A stretch of 34,216 nucleotides of DNA from Gammaproteobacteria bacterium (GTDB taxonomy: Bacteria > Pseudomonadota > Gammaproteobacteria > Xanthomonadales > Rhodanobacteraceae), in NCBI GenBank assembly GCA_005877675.1, contig VBNZ01000096.1, positions 17,325 to 51,540 of the forward strand, written 5' to 3'. Below the pieces are notes generated by a model. The model was not told the origin of the DNA, made no database searches, and saw nothing but the letters and a program-made list of their open reading frames with translations. Of the stretch, positions 20,016 through 30,586 are shown one piece after another. Numbering within the stretch: the stretch's first letter is position 1; every line of letters begins with the position of its first letter. The position numbers were made by a program, and so were the translations under genes.

Positions 20016-21124
20016 ACGCGTCGCGAAAAATCCTGTTTGTCGATCGCGACGGCACGTTGATTGTCGAGCCGCCGGATCAGCAGATCGACCGCTACGACAA
20101 GCTCGCGCTGGTCGAGAACGTGATTCCGGCTCTGCGCCGCTGCAGCGAGGCCGGCTATGAACTCGTGATGATCACCAATCAGGACGGGCTCGGCACTGTG
20201 AGCTTTCCGCAGCCGGATTTCGAAGGTCCACATGCGCTGATGTTGCGCATCTTCGCCTCGCAGGGCGTGCGGTTTAGCGAGATCCTGATCGATCCGAGTT
20301 TCGCGCACGAAGGTCGCGATACGCGCAAGCCCGGTGTCGGACTCGTGCGCCACTATCTCGCCGACGACAGCTGGAGCCGCGCGCGCTCGGCGATGGTCGG
20401 CGACCGTATGACCGACGATCAGTTCGCCGCGAATCTCGGCATTCGCAGCTTTCGTCTCGACACGGGCGAATGGAATTGGAACGCGATCGCGCACGAGCTC
20501 TGCGATGCGCCGCGGCGCGCGCGGGTCGAGCGCAATACCAAGGAGACGCGCATCGCGGTCGAAGTCGATCTGGACAATCCCGCTGAACCGAAGGCGACGA
20601 CCGGGATAGGATTCTTCGACCATATGCTCGAGCAGATCGGCAAGCACGGCGGTTTCGCGCTGAAACTCGAATGCGCGGGTGACACGCACATCGACGAACA
20701 CCATACGATTGAAGACTGCGCACTCGCGCTCGGGCAGGCGCTCAAGCTGGCGCTCGGCGACAAGCGTGGAATCGGGCGCTACGGTTCCGCGGCAGAGGCG
20801 GCGACTGGCGACGCGGCACAAGTCGCGATCACGTTGCCGATGGACGAGACGATCGCACGTGCCGCGCTCGATCTCTCCGGTCGCGCCTACTTCGTATTTG
20901 ACGGTAGTTTCCCGCGCGAGCGCGTGGGCGAGGTGCCCACTGAACTGGTGCCGCATTTCTTCCGTTCGCTTTGCGATGCGCTCGGCGCGAATCTGCATCT
21001 CGCCGTGCGTGGCGAGAACGCGCACCACATGGTCGAAGCCTGCTTCAAGGCGGTCGCGCGCGCGCTGCGCGTCGCGCTGCAGCGCGAGGGCTCGGCGCTG
21101 CCGAGCACGAAGGGGACGTTATGA
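20012..21124 (+). CDS. hisB: bifunctional histidinol-phosphatase / imidazoleglycerol-phosphate dehydratase
   Basis: HAD motif DRDGT and TNQDG; IGPD motifs [25 protein letters not shown] and PSTKG. Confidence 0.97.
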   Translation: MNASRKILFVDRDGTLIVEPPDQQIDRYDKLALVENVIPALRRCSEAGYELVMITNQDGLGTVSFPQPDFEGPHALMLRIFASQGVRFSEILIDPSFAHEGRDTRKPGVGLVRHYLADDSWSRARSAMVGDRMTDDQFAANLGIRSFRLDTGEWNWNAIAHELCDAPRRARVERNTKETRIAVEVDLDNPAEPKATTGIGFFDHMLEQIGKHGGFALKLECAGDTHIDEHHTIEDCALALGQALKLALGDKRGIGRYGSAAEAATGDAAQVAITLPMDETIARAALDLSGRAYFVFDGSFPRERVGEVPTELVPHFFRSLCDALGANLHLAVRGENAHHMVEACFKAVARALRVALQREGSALPSTKGTL

Positions 21125-21717
21125 CGGCTTCCATCGTGCTCGTCGATTCGGGTGGCACCAATATCGGTTCCGTTCAATACGCGCTGCGGCGCCTGGGCGT
21201 CGAGGCACGCATGTCCGATGATGCTGCGGAAATCCGTGCGGCGACGCATGTGATCCTGCCCGGCGTCGGCGCCGCGGCGCCCGGCATGGCGCGTTTGCGC
21301 GAGGCGAGATTAATCGAGGTCGTGCGTGGGCTCAAGCAACCCGTGCTCGGCGTCTGCCTCGGCATGCAACTTCTGTTCGAGCGATCGGAAGAGAGCGATA
21401 CGCCGTGTCTTGGCTTGATCCCGGGCCGCCTGCGTCTGTTTCCGCAGGACACGGGTTTACGCGTGCCGCATATGGGCTGGAATTCGCTTAGCATGCGCGC
21501 AGGCAGTCCGCTGCTGCGCGACATCGACGATGGCGCGTTCGCCTATTTCGTGCACAGTTATGCGGCGCCGCTCGGCGACTACACCCTCGCGAGTACGGAC
21601 TACGGAGGCGCGTTTTCCGCAGTCGTGCGGCGCGACAATTTCTACGGTGCGCAATTTCATCCGGAGCGCTCGGCCGCGGTCGGTGCGACTGTGCTGCGCA
21701 ATTTCCTGGCGCTGTGA
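21121..21717 (+). CDS. hisH: imidazole glycerol phosphate synthase glutaminase subunit
   Basis: LPGVG, GVCLGMQ, PHMGWN, YFVHSY and QFHPE motifs. Confidence 0.97.
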   Translation: MTASIVLVDSGGTNIGSVQYALRRLGVEARMSDDAAEIRAATHVILPGVGAAAPGMARLREARLIEVVRGLKQPVLGVCLGMQLLFERSEESDTPCLGLIPGRLRLFPQDTGLRVPHMGWNSLSMRAGSPLLRDIDDGAFAYFVHSYAAPLGDYTLASTDYGGAFSAVVRRDNFYGAQFHPERSAAVGATVLRNFLAL

Positions 21718-22451
21718 GCGAGGCAATGGAAGTCATACCCGCAATCGATTTACGCGAGGGTCGTGTTGTACGCCTGAAGCAGGGCGACTACGCGCAGGAA
21801 ACGCGCTACGACTTCGATCCGCTGGCGCTGTCCGCCGACTATGCCGATGCCGGTGTGCAGTGGTTGCATCTTGTCGATCTCGATGGTGCGCGCTCCGGCA
21901 CCTTCGAGAACCTGCGCGTGATCGAGAAAATCGTCGCCTCAGAGCGCCTCGCAGTGCAGGCAGGCGGCGGTGTGCGTAGCGAGGATGACGTGCAGCGCCT
22001 GCTCGATGCCGGTGTCGCACGCGTCGTGGTCGGCAGCGTTGCCGTGCGTGAGCCGGACAAAGTAGAACAATGGATTGCACGCCATGGTGAAGACCGCTTG
22101 TGTATCGCTCTGGATACGCGTTTCGAAGGCGGCGCATGGCGTCTGCCGAGCGCAGGCTGGACGCAGGCGGAAGGTGCGACGCTCGATGAACTCGCGCCGC
22201 GCTATGCAGCGGCGGGTGCAAAGCATCTGCTGTGTACCGACATCGGTCGCGATGGCATGCTGTCAGGGCCGAACCTGGAGCTGTACGCGCATCTGACCGA
22301 ACTCGCGCCATCGTTGCGCATCATCGCCTCGGGTGGCGTGCGCGATATTGCCGATATGCGCGCACTGCGTGAGCGCGAACTCGCCGGCGTAGTGCTCGGA
22401 CGCAGCCTGCTTGAAGGCAAGTTGACGCTAGTGGAGGCGCTGGCATGTTGA
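21714..22451 (+). CDS. hisA: ProFAR isomerase
   Basis: IPAIDL, HLVDLDGA, GGGVR, TDIGRDGMLSG and ASGG motifs. Start is GTG 21714 or ATG 21726. Confidence 0.97.
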   Translation: MSEAMEVIPAIDLREGRVVRLKQGDYAQETRYDFDPLALSADYADAGVQWLHLVDLDGARSGTFENLRVIEKIVASERLAVQAGGGVRSEDDVQRLLDAGVARVVVGSVAVREPDKVEQWIARHGEDRLCIALDTRFEGGAWRLPSAGWTQAEGATLDELAPRYAAAGAKHLLCTDIGRDGMLSGPNLELYAHLTELAPSLRIIASGGVRDIADMRALRERELAGVVLGRSLLEGKLTLVEALAC

Positions 22452-22783
22452 AAAACGCGAAGCGAAAGACATGCCTCTCCTCCAAGCCGTGCCTGGTGGA
22501 GAGGTGGGGTGAGGGGGCTCCGTTTTACTCGTTGAAAGCCAAGCGCCCCCTCACCCAACCCTCTCCCCCGATCGATGGTGCCGATCGGGGGAGAGGGCTA
22601 TGCGTCGTCGCACGCATCGTGATGCGGAGGAAAAGTGTGCGTTCTCCCCCAAGCTCGACTTGGGGGAGCGGGTTATGCGTCGTGGGGGTTGCGCGCATGC
22701 TGATGCGTAGGAAAAGTATACCCTCTCCCCAAGCTCGACTTGGGGGAGCGGGTTATGCGTCGTGGGGGTTGCGCGCATGCTGA
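22445..22783 (+). other. repeat-derived ORF bridging hisA into the REP array (translation unproven)
   Basis: ATG overlaps the hisA stop by 7 nt with a GGAGG SD upstream. Open for 112 codons, ending AC*. Confidence 0.3.
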
Positions 22784-22930
22784 TGCGCAGGAAAAGTATA
22801 CCCTCTCCCCCAAGCTCGACTTGGGGGAGAGGGCAGGGTGAGGGGGCGCTTTTTGTCTTGCACCCGCTCACTATGAGCAAGGTCCCCCTCACCCCAACCC
22901 TCTCCCCCGTCTTCGTCGGGGGAGAGGGGG
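22473..22930. repeat. REP/BIME-like palindromic array (CCCTCACCCCAACCCTCTCCCC family) with 80-81-bp tandem units
   Basis: The CTCCCC(C)AAGCTCGACTTGGGGGAG hairpin occurs three times (AAGCTCGAC at 22651, 22731, 22812), flanked by GGGTGAGGGGG...CCCCCTCACCC inverted pairs. Confidence 0.92.
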
Positions 22931-22947
22931 AGGAGGTCGCATGCTGA
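22777..22947 (+). other. second repeat-derived ORF bridging to hisF (translation unproven)
   Basis: ATG 22777 overlaps the previous stop by 7 nt, and its own stop overlaps the hisF ATG by 7 nt. Ends AC*. Confidence 0.3.
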
Positions 22948-23711
22948 CGCGCCGCATCATTCCGTGCCTTGACGTGCGCGACGGCGTCGTCGTCAAAGGC
23001 ATACGCTTCCGCGACCATGTGGAGATGGGCGGCATCGTCGAGCTCGCGCAACGCTATCGCGACGAGGGTGCGGATGAGCTCGTGTTCTATGACATCACCG
23101 CAAGCCCGCAAGGTCGTGCGGTCGACCGCGCCTGGGTCGAGAAAGTGGCGCGTGTGATCGATATTCCGTTCTGCGTCGCCGGGGGCATCCGCAGTGCCGA
23201 TGAAGCAAGAGCAGTGCTGCATGCCGGGGCGGACAAGGTTTCCATAAATTCCCCCGCGCTGGAGCGGCCCGACTTGATCGACGAACTCGCCGCGGCATTC
23301 GGCGTGCAATGCGTCGTGGTCGGTATCGATTCGCTGCGCGATGCGGACGGCGAGTGGCGCGTGCGCCAATACACGGGCGATCCCACGCGCACGCGCGCGC
23401 TGGCACGACGCACGCTCGATTGGGTGGATGAAGCGCAGCGGCGCGGCGCCGGGGAGATCGTGCTCAACTGCATGGGCGCCGACGGCGTGCGCCAGGGTTA
23501 TGACGTCGACCAACTCGCCGCCGTGCGCGCAATCTGCCGCGTGCCGCTGGTCGCCTCCGGCGGCGCTGGTGCGCTCGAGCACTTCCGCGATGTGTTCGCG
23601 CAAGCCGACGTCGATGCCGCGCTCGCCGCGAGCGTGTTCCATTCCGGTACGATTCCGATTCCCGAATTGAAGCGCTATCTGCGCGAGCAGGGCGTGGCGA
23701 TGCGCATATGA
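22941..23711 (+). CDS. hisF: imidazole glycerol phosphate synthase cyclase subunit
   Basis: [29 protein letters not shown] and ASGGAG motifs; GGAGG SD. Confidence 0.98.
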   Translation: MLTRRIIPCLDVRDGVVVKGIRFRDHVEMGGIVELAQRYRDEGADELVFYDITASPQGRAVDRAWVEKVARVIDIPFCVAGGIRSADEARAVLHAGADKVSINSPALERPDLIDELAAAFGVQCVVVGIDSLRDADGEWRVRQYTGDPTRTRALARRTLDWVDEAQRRGAGEIVLNCMGADGVRQGYDVDQLAAVRAICRVPLVASGGAGALEHFRDVFAQADVDAALAASVFHSGTIPIPELKRYLREQGVAMRI

Positions 23712-24319
23712 GCGATCTGATTGTCGATTGGAACAAGGGCGATGGCCTCATTCCCGCCATCGTGCAGCACTGGCGCAGCGGCGCGGTGTTGATGTTCGGC
23801 TATATGAACGCCGAGGCGCTTGCGCAGACGCAGCAAAGTGGAAAAGTGACTTTTTACAGTCGCAGCAAGCGGCGCCTGTGGACCAAGGGCGAAACCTCGG
23901 GCCACTTTCTGCTGCTCAAGTCGTTCAAGGTCGACTGCGACAATGACACGATCCTGATCCAGGCCGAAGCGCAGGGCCCGACCTGTCACAAGGGCACACG
24001 GAGCTGCTTTGGTGACGAAGCCGCCGCCGCACCGCCACTCGCGTTTCTGGCCGAGCTCGATGCGCTGATTGAGCAACGTGAGCGCGAGCGTCCCGCCGGT
24101 AGCTATACGACGAAATTGTTCGAGGAAGGCCTGCGCCGTATCGCGCAGAAGGTCGGCGAAGAGGGCGTCGAAATTGCGCTCGCCGCGGTCGCGCAGGATG
24201 AAGCCGCAGTGCGCGGCGAAGCGGCCGATCTCCTATTCCACCTACTGGTGTTGTTGCGCGCCAAAGGCATCGCCTTCGACGAGGTTGTCGGCGAGCTGCG
24301 GCGGCGTCACGCTAAATAG
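23708..24319 (+). CDS. hisIE: bifunctional PR-AMP cyclohydrolase / PR-ATP pyrophosphatase
   Basis: [21 protein letters not shown] and KVGEEGVE motifs. Confidence 0.97.
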   Translation: MSDLIVDWNKGDGLIPAIVQHWRSGAVLMFGYMNAEALAQTQQSGKVTFYSRSKRRLWTKGETSGHFLLLKSFKVDCDNDTILIQAEAQGPTCHKGTRSCFGDEAAAAPPLAFLAELDALIEQRERERPAGSYTTKLFEEGLRRIAQKVGEEGVEIALAAVAQDEAAVRGEAADLLFHLLVLLRAKGIAFDEVVGELRRRHAK

Positions 24320-24386
24320 TCCCAGGTTGCAACCCGGCGTCCGCCACTATGGCATTATGGCGGCGAGTTCGCTGCCGGTTTGGGCT

Positions 24387-25841
24387 ATGTCTTCACACCT
24401 TCGCCCTGCATTGCACAAATGGAAGCTTGGTCTGCTGTGCGGCTGCCTCGCTGCGGCAGCCGACGCCGCGCATGCCGGCCACGCCAAACCCGATCCGCTC
24501 GCGCGCGAGATATTCAAGCAGCTGATCGAGATCAATACGACCGATTCCGTCGGCAGCACGACCGTCGCGGCGCAGGCGATGCAAAAGCGCCTGCTCGATG
24601 CCGGATTCAAACCCGCCGACGCGCAGGTGCTGGTCGGCACCAACCCCAAGCGCGGCAATCTCGTCGCGCGCCTGCACGGCAAGGGCAAGCTGAAACCATT
24701 GCTGATCATCGGTCATCTCGATGTAGTCGAAGCCAAGCGCGAAGACTGGACGATCGATCCGTTCGCCTTCACCGAGAAAGACGGCTATTTCTACGGCCGC
24801 GGCACGCAGGACATGAAGAATTCCGACGCGGTCGCGATGGCCGCGCTGATCCGTATGAAGAAGGAAGGCTTCGTACCCAAACGCGACATCATTCTCGCGC
24901 TGACCGCGGACGAAGAGGGCGGTACCGACAACGGTGTCGACTGGCTGCTGAAGAATCATCGCGATCTGATCGACGCGGAATTCGTGCTCAACCCCGACTC
25001 CGGCGGCGTCGATGCGGACGCGGGCAAGGCGGTCGCGATGGGTGTCGAAGCGACCGAGAAACTGTATGCCGATTTCGAGCTGTCGGCGACCGATCCGGGC
25101 GGCCACAGCTCGCTGCCGCATCCGGACAATCCGATCTATGAGGTTTCCCGCGCGCTCGATCGGCTGCAGAAATCGCCGTTCCCGTTCGAACTCAATCCGG
25201 TGACGCGCGTCTGGCTCGAGCATATGCAGAATATCGAGGACGGCCAGCGCAGCAGGGATATCAAGGTGATCCTCGCGACGCCGCCGGACGGCGACGCGAT
25301 CGCGCGCCTGTCCACCAATGCGCGCTACAACTCGACTGTGCACACCACCTGTGTCGCGACGCGGGTCGAGGCAGGGCATGCGAACAATGCGTTGCCGCAG
25401 CGCGCGCGCGCGATTGTCAACTGCCGTATCCTGCCGGGACATTCGCCCGAGGAAGTGCGGCAGGACCTGCAGCGCATCTTCGCCGAGCCGAAACTCGCCG
25501 TGCGCTATATCGACCCGCGCACGGATCAGCGTCTGGAGCGCGCGCCCGAACGCAAGGCGATGACGCCACCGCTGCCGCGCAAGGATGTATTCGATGCGAT
25601 CACACGCACCGCGGCGAAGTTCTGGCCCGGCATCCCGGTGGTGCCGCAGATGGAAACGGGCGCTTCTGACAGCGTCTACACGATGGCGGCTGGCATGCCG
25701 AGTTATGGCGTCAACGGCGCACTGATCGATCGCGACGACGTGCGTGCGCACGGTCGCGACGAGCGCCTGCGCGTCAGTGCGTTCGATGATTCGGCGGCTT
25801 TCTACTACGAATTCCTGAAAATCGTCAGTAGTGCGGGATAG
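24387..25841 (+). CDS. exported M20/M25/M40-family metallopeptidase
   Basis: Signal peptide; GHLDVV, GRGTQDMK, ADEEGG, GGHSS and AHGRDER motifs. Start is uncertain. Confidence 0.92.
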   Translation: MSSHLRPALHKWKLGLLCGCLAAAADAAHAGHAKPDPLAREIFKQLIEINTTDSVGSTTVAAQAMQKRLLDAGFKPADAQVLVGTNPKRGNLVARLHGKGKLKPLLIIGHLDVVEAKREDWTIDPFAFTEKDGYFYGRGTQDMKNSDAVAMAALIRMKKEGFVPKRDIILALTADEEGGTDNGVDWLLKNHRDLIDAEFVLNPDSGGVDADAGKAVAMGVEATEKLYADFELSATDPGGHSSLPHPDNPIYEVSRALDRLQKSPFPFELNPVTRVWLEHMQNIEDGQRSRDIKVILATPPDGDAIARLSTNARYNSTVHTTCVATRVEAGHANNALPQRARAIVNCRILPGHSPEEVRQDLQRIFAEPKLAVRYIDPRTDQRLERAPERKAMTPPLPRKDVFDAITRTAAKFWPGIPVVPQMETGASDSVYTMAAGMPSYGVNGALIDRDDVRAHGRDERLRVSAFDDSAAFYYEFLKIVSSAG

Positions 25842-25953
25842 ATCACGTTTTACATGTGGTATTTCGCGCCTGATGGCGCGGCTTTTGCTCATCTCTTTGT
25901 CGAAACGCTGAATAGCTCGCCATTCCGCAAGTTCCCGGGAAAAGGGGGTTCCC

Positions 25954-27698
25954 GTGACACGTTGGTTAGGGGTTGTATTGCTGTTGTCGTTAGGGGGCCT
26001 TGCGCACGCGCGCGTGGCACAGGACCTGTTTGCCCTGCGCAGCCAGACCGTCGACGATCCGGCGGCGGCGATTATCGCCGGGCGCAAGCTGCTCGATTCG
26101 CATCAGCTCGATGGACGTCCCGACGACGAACGTGACGCTTTGTATTGGCTCGGCAACGCAGCGCTGCGTCAGACCGACGATGCCGCGCTGGCCGAAATGG
26201 CCCTACGCGTCGAGAGCCTCGGCACTGCGCGCAACGACCCACTCGCGCTGGCCTACGCAGGCCTGCTGCGTGCCGAGCGCTTGTACCAGCAAGGGGAGAG
26301 CGAGAAGGGTTGGGCTGAGACGATGCGCGCCGCGTCGCGCATCCAGGACAGCACCGATCCGAACGTGCGCGCCATCGCCGCGATCGAGCTGTGCGATGAT
26401 TTCAATATGGTCGGCAATGCGCGCGCGGGACTGCCGTTCTGCGAACGTTCGACCAGCGCTTGGCGCGCGCTCGGCGACGAATTCGAACTCGGCCGCGCAT
26501 TGAACCTCGAAGGACGCGCACGCAGGGTGGTGGGCGAATACGAGCGTGCCGCTACGCTGTTCAAGGAAGCGCGCGAGCACTACCTGCGCAATGGCGACAC
26601 GAGCTTTGCCGCTACGGTCGGCGCCAATCTCGCGCGCTGCTATGTCGAACTGGGCCGCGCTGCCGAGGCGGTCGATCTGCTGCGCGAAGGCTGGCAGGCG
26701 GAGATGCGCGCGGGCCGTCTGTTCAGCGCGCTCGTGTCGAAAATGGACATGACGCATGCATTGATCAAACTCGGACGCTGGCAAGAGGCAGAAACTGAAG
26801 TCGCCGCCGCGATTGCAGACGCGCGCGTGCATGAGTGGAGCATGCATCTGCCCGAATTGCTCGACATGCAAGCGCAGATCGCACGTGCACGTGGCAATCT
26901 CAAGACCGCGCTGATAGCGCAGGATGAACTGCTGCAACTGCAGTCGCGCAGGCGCGACCAGGCGCATAACAGCGCGATCGCCGAGCTCGAGGCGCGCTAT
27001 GCCGCGCGCGAACGCGAGCTGCGCATCGGCGAACTCGAGCAGGAAAACAGCCGACGCGAACTCGAACTGCAGGCGCGCCGCGCCGCGGCGGCGGAGGACG
27101 AGGCGAACCTGCAGCGCCAGCGTGCGCGCCTGTGGATCGCCGCGTTCGTGGCGCTGGCATTGGCAGTCAGCTCGGCGTTGCTGTACGCCGCGAGACACTG
27201 CATGATGCGCTGACCGGCACGGAAAACCGGCGCTCGTTCCTGCGCCGCGTCGATGAAGCGCTGGCGAAACCGAATGCTGCGCCCAAACTCGACGTGCTGA
27301 TGATCATCGATCTGGATCACTTCAAGGCGATCAACGACCGTGGCGGACATTTGTTCGGCGATGACGTGCTGATCGCGGTTGCGACCTGTCTTGAAGGTAC
27401 GCTCGCCGGACGCGCACAACTCGCGCGCATCGGCGGCGAGGAATTCGGCGTACTCGCGCCCGGCATCGGCGCGAGCGAAGGTCTGCGTCTCGCAGAACAG
27501 TTGCGCGCCGCGGTGAGTCAGATCACCTTGCGCTGCGGCGCCGAACCTGTGCGCACCACGATCAGCATCGGTTTCGCTGCGCACGATTGCGGCGTGCGCC
27601 GGCACGATCGATCAAGCTGGCTGCGCGCCGCCGACGAGGCGCTGTATTCGGCCAAGGCACATGGGCGCAATCGGGTCGTTAGCGCCAGCGTGGCGTAA
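25954..27698 (+). pseudogene. periplasmic TPR-repeat / TM / GGDEF diguanylate cyclase, frameshifted near 27190
   Basis: Signal peptide, TPR-like helices, coiled coil and TM helix. DALTG..NRR, DLDHFK.IND, GGEEF and AD.ALY.AK..GRN continue in another frame. Confidence 0.85.
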
Positions 27699-27825
27699 AA
27701 CAAACCGTCGCAGTGAGGTATCGAACCGTGAACCGTGCGTAAGACGCGATTTACGCCTTTCACCCTTCAATACTTCAGGGCGAACGGACTTGTGCATCAC
27801 TGCGAACGTGGGTTGGAGCTACCGA

Positions 27826-28866
27826 TTACTGCGCCGTACTTTGCCCCGGCGCATGGCGCTTCGGCACCGGCACATTGAACGGCACGACGGGCCCGAGCTT
27901 GATGCTCTCGCGCCAGGCTTTTAGCACAGCTTCGATTGCGGGTGTGGTCGCAATCTGCGGCAGCGAATGCGCCTGGCTGTCGCGTGCTTCCCATGCATCC
28001 ACATCGTGGCTTGCCTCGGCGAAGGCTTCGCTGAACGATGCGGTGTGATTCAAGCCTTCGACAAAAAACGCGCGGCCGAAATCGGTGATGTCGGATTTCG
28101 TGCCGCAGCCGAACGAGGAACGATCAGCGCGCGAGGCGGTGATCACCATCGTGTTCGCGTTCTTGAGCGCATCGATATAGCCGCCCGAATAGCATGCGGA
28201 GATCACGAACACACGATGGCGGATCGGCGAATCGCTGAATACGTCGGCGAGATCGGCGGGCACGATCTGGTCGAGCGGCAGCGGGTCGAGGCTGACGTAC
28301 AGCTCGTGTTCGCGCGAGCCGTGCGTAGTGATGAACACCATCAGCACGTCCTCGGCCGGATTCATCTTCTTGCCGAGCGCGTCGATCGCGATTTCGAAAT
28401 TCGACAGACTCGCGATCGGGTGGCGGTCGAGTGTCGCGGTATTGTTGACGAGCGTAACGACGTGGCCCTTCGCGTCGAAGCGCTGCGTGAAGAGTTTTTC
28501 GACATATTCCACTTCGTTGCGGAACACGTCTTCCTCGGCGTCGCCGGCGAACGAGATCAGATACAGGTTCGGCTTACCCGGCGTGCGTGGCGCGAGCTTG
28601 TCGAGCACGTCCCTCATGCGCTGCGGTTGCGCGTAGAGCACCTGCTCGGGTGAGCCGACGTTCTCTGGCCATGCGATCGGCTTGGTGTCTGCTTCGTCCG
28701 GTTTTGCTTCGGACTTCTTGGTCGCAGATTTTTCTGTCGCGGTCGCTTGCGTGATCGCGATTATCGATTTCGCGTGAACCAGTGTGACCAGACACGCAAC
28801 GATCAGACCCGCGCAGGCGAAGGCGCGCAGCAGGCGGAATTTCACAAACGACGCGGGCGAATCCAT
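27826..28866 (-). CDS. peptidase C13 family protein
   Basis: VFRNEV, catalytic TTHGS and SACYSG, TASRADRSSFGC; N-terminal signal/anchor. Confidence 0.9.
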   Translation of the reverse strand: MDSPASFVKFRLLRAFACAGLIVACLVTLVHAKSIIAITQATATEKSATKKSEAKPDEADTKPIAWPENVGSPEQVLYAQPQRMRDVLDKLAPRTPGKPNLYLISFAGDAEEDVFRNEVEYVEKLFTQRFDAKGHVVTLVNNTATLDRHPIASLSNFEIAIDALGKKMNPAEDVLMVFITTHGSREHELYVSLDPLPLDQIVPADLADVFSDSPIRHRVFVISACYSGGYIDALKNANTMVITASRADRSSFGCGTKSDITDFGRAFFVEGLNHTASFSEAFAEASHDVDAWEARDSQAHSLPQIATTPAIEAVLKAWRESIKLGPVVPFNVPVPKRHAPGQSTAQ

Positions 28867-28917
28867 GCGCGCGAACTCGGGGTCAGGACGACGAACAGTG
28901 TAGCAGGCGTAGCGTGC

Positions 28918-29601
28918 TCACGCAGGCGAAATCGCGGCAAAATCCGGCACGCAGCGGTGCCTGGAATCGGCCGGGCACGTCGCCGGCGCGCGCGCGAGCA
29001 GAGTGGTGGTGAAGCCCGCTGCGGCGGCGGCATCGAGTTCTGGGGTCACGTCGGACAGAAAAAGAATCTCGCCTGCCGGTACACCGATCTGCGCCGCAAT
29101 ACGCCGGTACGAATCGGCGTCGCGCTTGCCGCCGATCTCGGTATCGAAATAGCCCGAGAACAGCGGCGTCAGATCGCCGGCCTCGCTGTTTGCGTACAGT
29201 AGCTTTTGCGCTGCGACCGAGCCGGACGAATAGACATACAGCGCGATGCCGCGCACCTTCCATTCGTGCAATTTGCCCGCGACTTCCGGATACACATGTC
29301 CCTGGAAATCGCCGCCGACATAGCCGTCTTCCCAGATCATGCCCTGCAGCGCCTTGAGCGGCGTGGCTTTGCGATCCTCGTCGATCCAGCGCAGCAGCAG
29401 GTCGATCACTTCCTGGCGGTCGGCCGACACAAGGCCGGCTTCGCGTGCGGCTTCGTGCAGCCAATGCTGCACCTCGGGGCGATCGGCATGCGTCTCGACG
29501 TAGGCGGGCAGGCGCTCGCGCGCATACGGGAACAGCACGTCCTTGACGAAATCGATCGAACTGGTCGTGCCTTCGATGTCGGTGACTATTGCTTTGATCA
29601 T
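28918..29601 (-). CDS. mtnC: enolase-phosphatase E1 (acireductone synthase)
   Basis: TDIEGTT, LFPYA, LKALQG.IW, YSSGSV.AQ and LFLSD motifs. Confidence 0.96.
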   Translation of the reverse strand: MIKAIVTDIEGTTSSIDFVKDVLFPYARERLPAYVETHADRPEVQHWLHEAAREAGLVSADRQEVIDLLLRWIDEDRKATPLKALQGMIWEDGYVGGDFQGHVYPEVAGKLHEWKVRGIALYVYSSGSVAAQKLLYANSEAGDLTPLFSGYFDTEIGGKRDADSYRRIAAQIGVPAGEILFLSDVTPELDAAAAAGFTTTLLARAPATCPADSRHRCVPDFAAISPA

Positions 29602-29614
29602 CGTGTAGTGCCGA

Positions 29615-30015
29615 TTATCGAGTCTGGCTTGCCGCCGCGACCTGCTCGACGTTGGCGGCATACGCGGTCTCAATCGATCGTTTGACGCCGACCGGATCGG
29701 CGATGCGCGCGAACACCAGCGTACTCTCGCCGCGGCCGGTCACACGCACGTCGCCATAGCCGAGCAGGCGGCCCCATGTAGTCTGATGCAGGTCGACGGT
29801 TTCGATCGCGCTGAGGCGCACTTCCTCGGTCTCGCGTCCGACCACTCCGGTCTTGCTCACGACGCGATGCGTGGTTACGCCCATCTCGATGCCGCGCAGA
29901 CGCAGCCATTCGTAGATCGTGATGAAAATGCCGACGATGAGAGGAATCAGCACGATGCCGAGGATCAGCCGGCCCTTCGCTGTCCAGTGCAGCTGGATTC
30001 GTCCAGGTAGCTCAT
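29615..30015 (-). pseudogene. bacterial PH-domain (bPH_2) membrane protein, frameshifting deletion near 29995
   Basis: MSYLDES start behind a GAGGAG SD, then QLHW...TM...VT..RV..K.G...IETV...Q...GRLLGYGDV in another frame. Confidence 0.78.
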
Positions 30016-30025
30016 GCGCTACTCC

Positions 30026-30586
30026 TCAAGCTGCGCGCGCGGCAACCGCAAGGCGCGGGAATTGTTCGGCAATATCGCTGCCGGTGAAGTTCGCGACCCA
30101 GCCTTCCTTGTTGGTGAACAGACGGATCGCGATGAAATAGGGCGCTTCGCTCATATCGAACCAATGCCGGGTGCCGTCGGGTACGCCGATCAGGTCGCCC
30201 TGCATGCATAGCGTTTCGTACACCTTGTCGCCGATATGCAGGGTGAACTGGCCGCGCCCGGCGACGAAGAAACGCACTTCGTCTTCCGAGTGCGTGTGTT
30301 CGTTGAGGAACTTCGCACGCAGCGCGGCGCGATCGGGATGATCGGGATTGAGACTGATCACGTCGACCGCCTGGTAGCCTTCCTCGCGCATGAGGCGATC
30401 GATGTCGCTGCGATACGCTGCGATCACTTCGTCCTGGCTCGCGCCGGGGTACACGGCCTTAGACGCTTCCCACTTCTCGAAACGCACGCCGACTTGCTTA
30501 AGTTCGCGTGCGATATCGGCGTGGCTCGTATGCGTCGACAGCGGCTTGCTGCCGTCGCTTTCGGAATAGATGCGCAATTCGCTCAT
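30026..30586 (-). CDS. mtnD: acireductone dioxygenase
   Basis: [12 protein letters not shown] and HWFD cupin metal motifs. Confidence 0.96.
   Translation of the reverse strand: MSELRIYSESDGSKPLSTHTSHADIARELKQVGVRFEKWEASKAVYPGASQDEVIAAYRSDIDRLMREEGYQAVDVISLNPDHPDRAALRAKFLNEHTHSEDEVRFFVAGRGQFTLHIGDKVYETLCMQGDLIGVPDGTRHWFDMSEAPYFIAIRLFTNKEGWVANFTGSDIAEQFPRLAVAARAA

Noticed and set aside
22600-22830. 80-bp periodic repeats with palindromes as a possible CRISPR array
   Set aside because: The intervening sequences are near-identical rather than unique spacers, no cas genes are present, and the motif belongs to a REP-like family.
24393-26087. Long antisense ORFs (also 1255-2697, 17547-18575, 19916-21028, 22551-23642)
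   Set aside because: Shadow ORFs opposite well-supported genes, as expected in high-GC DNA.
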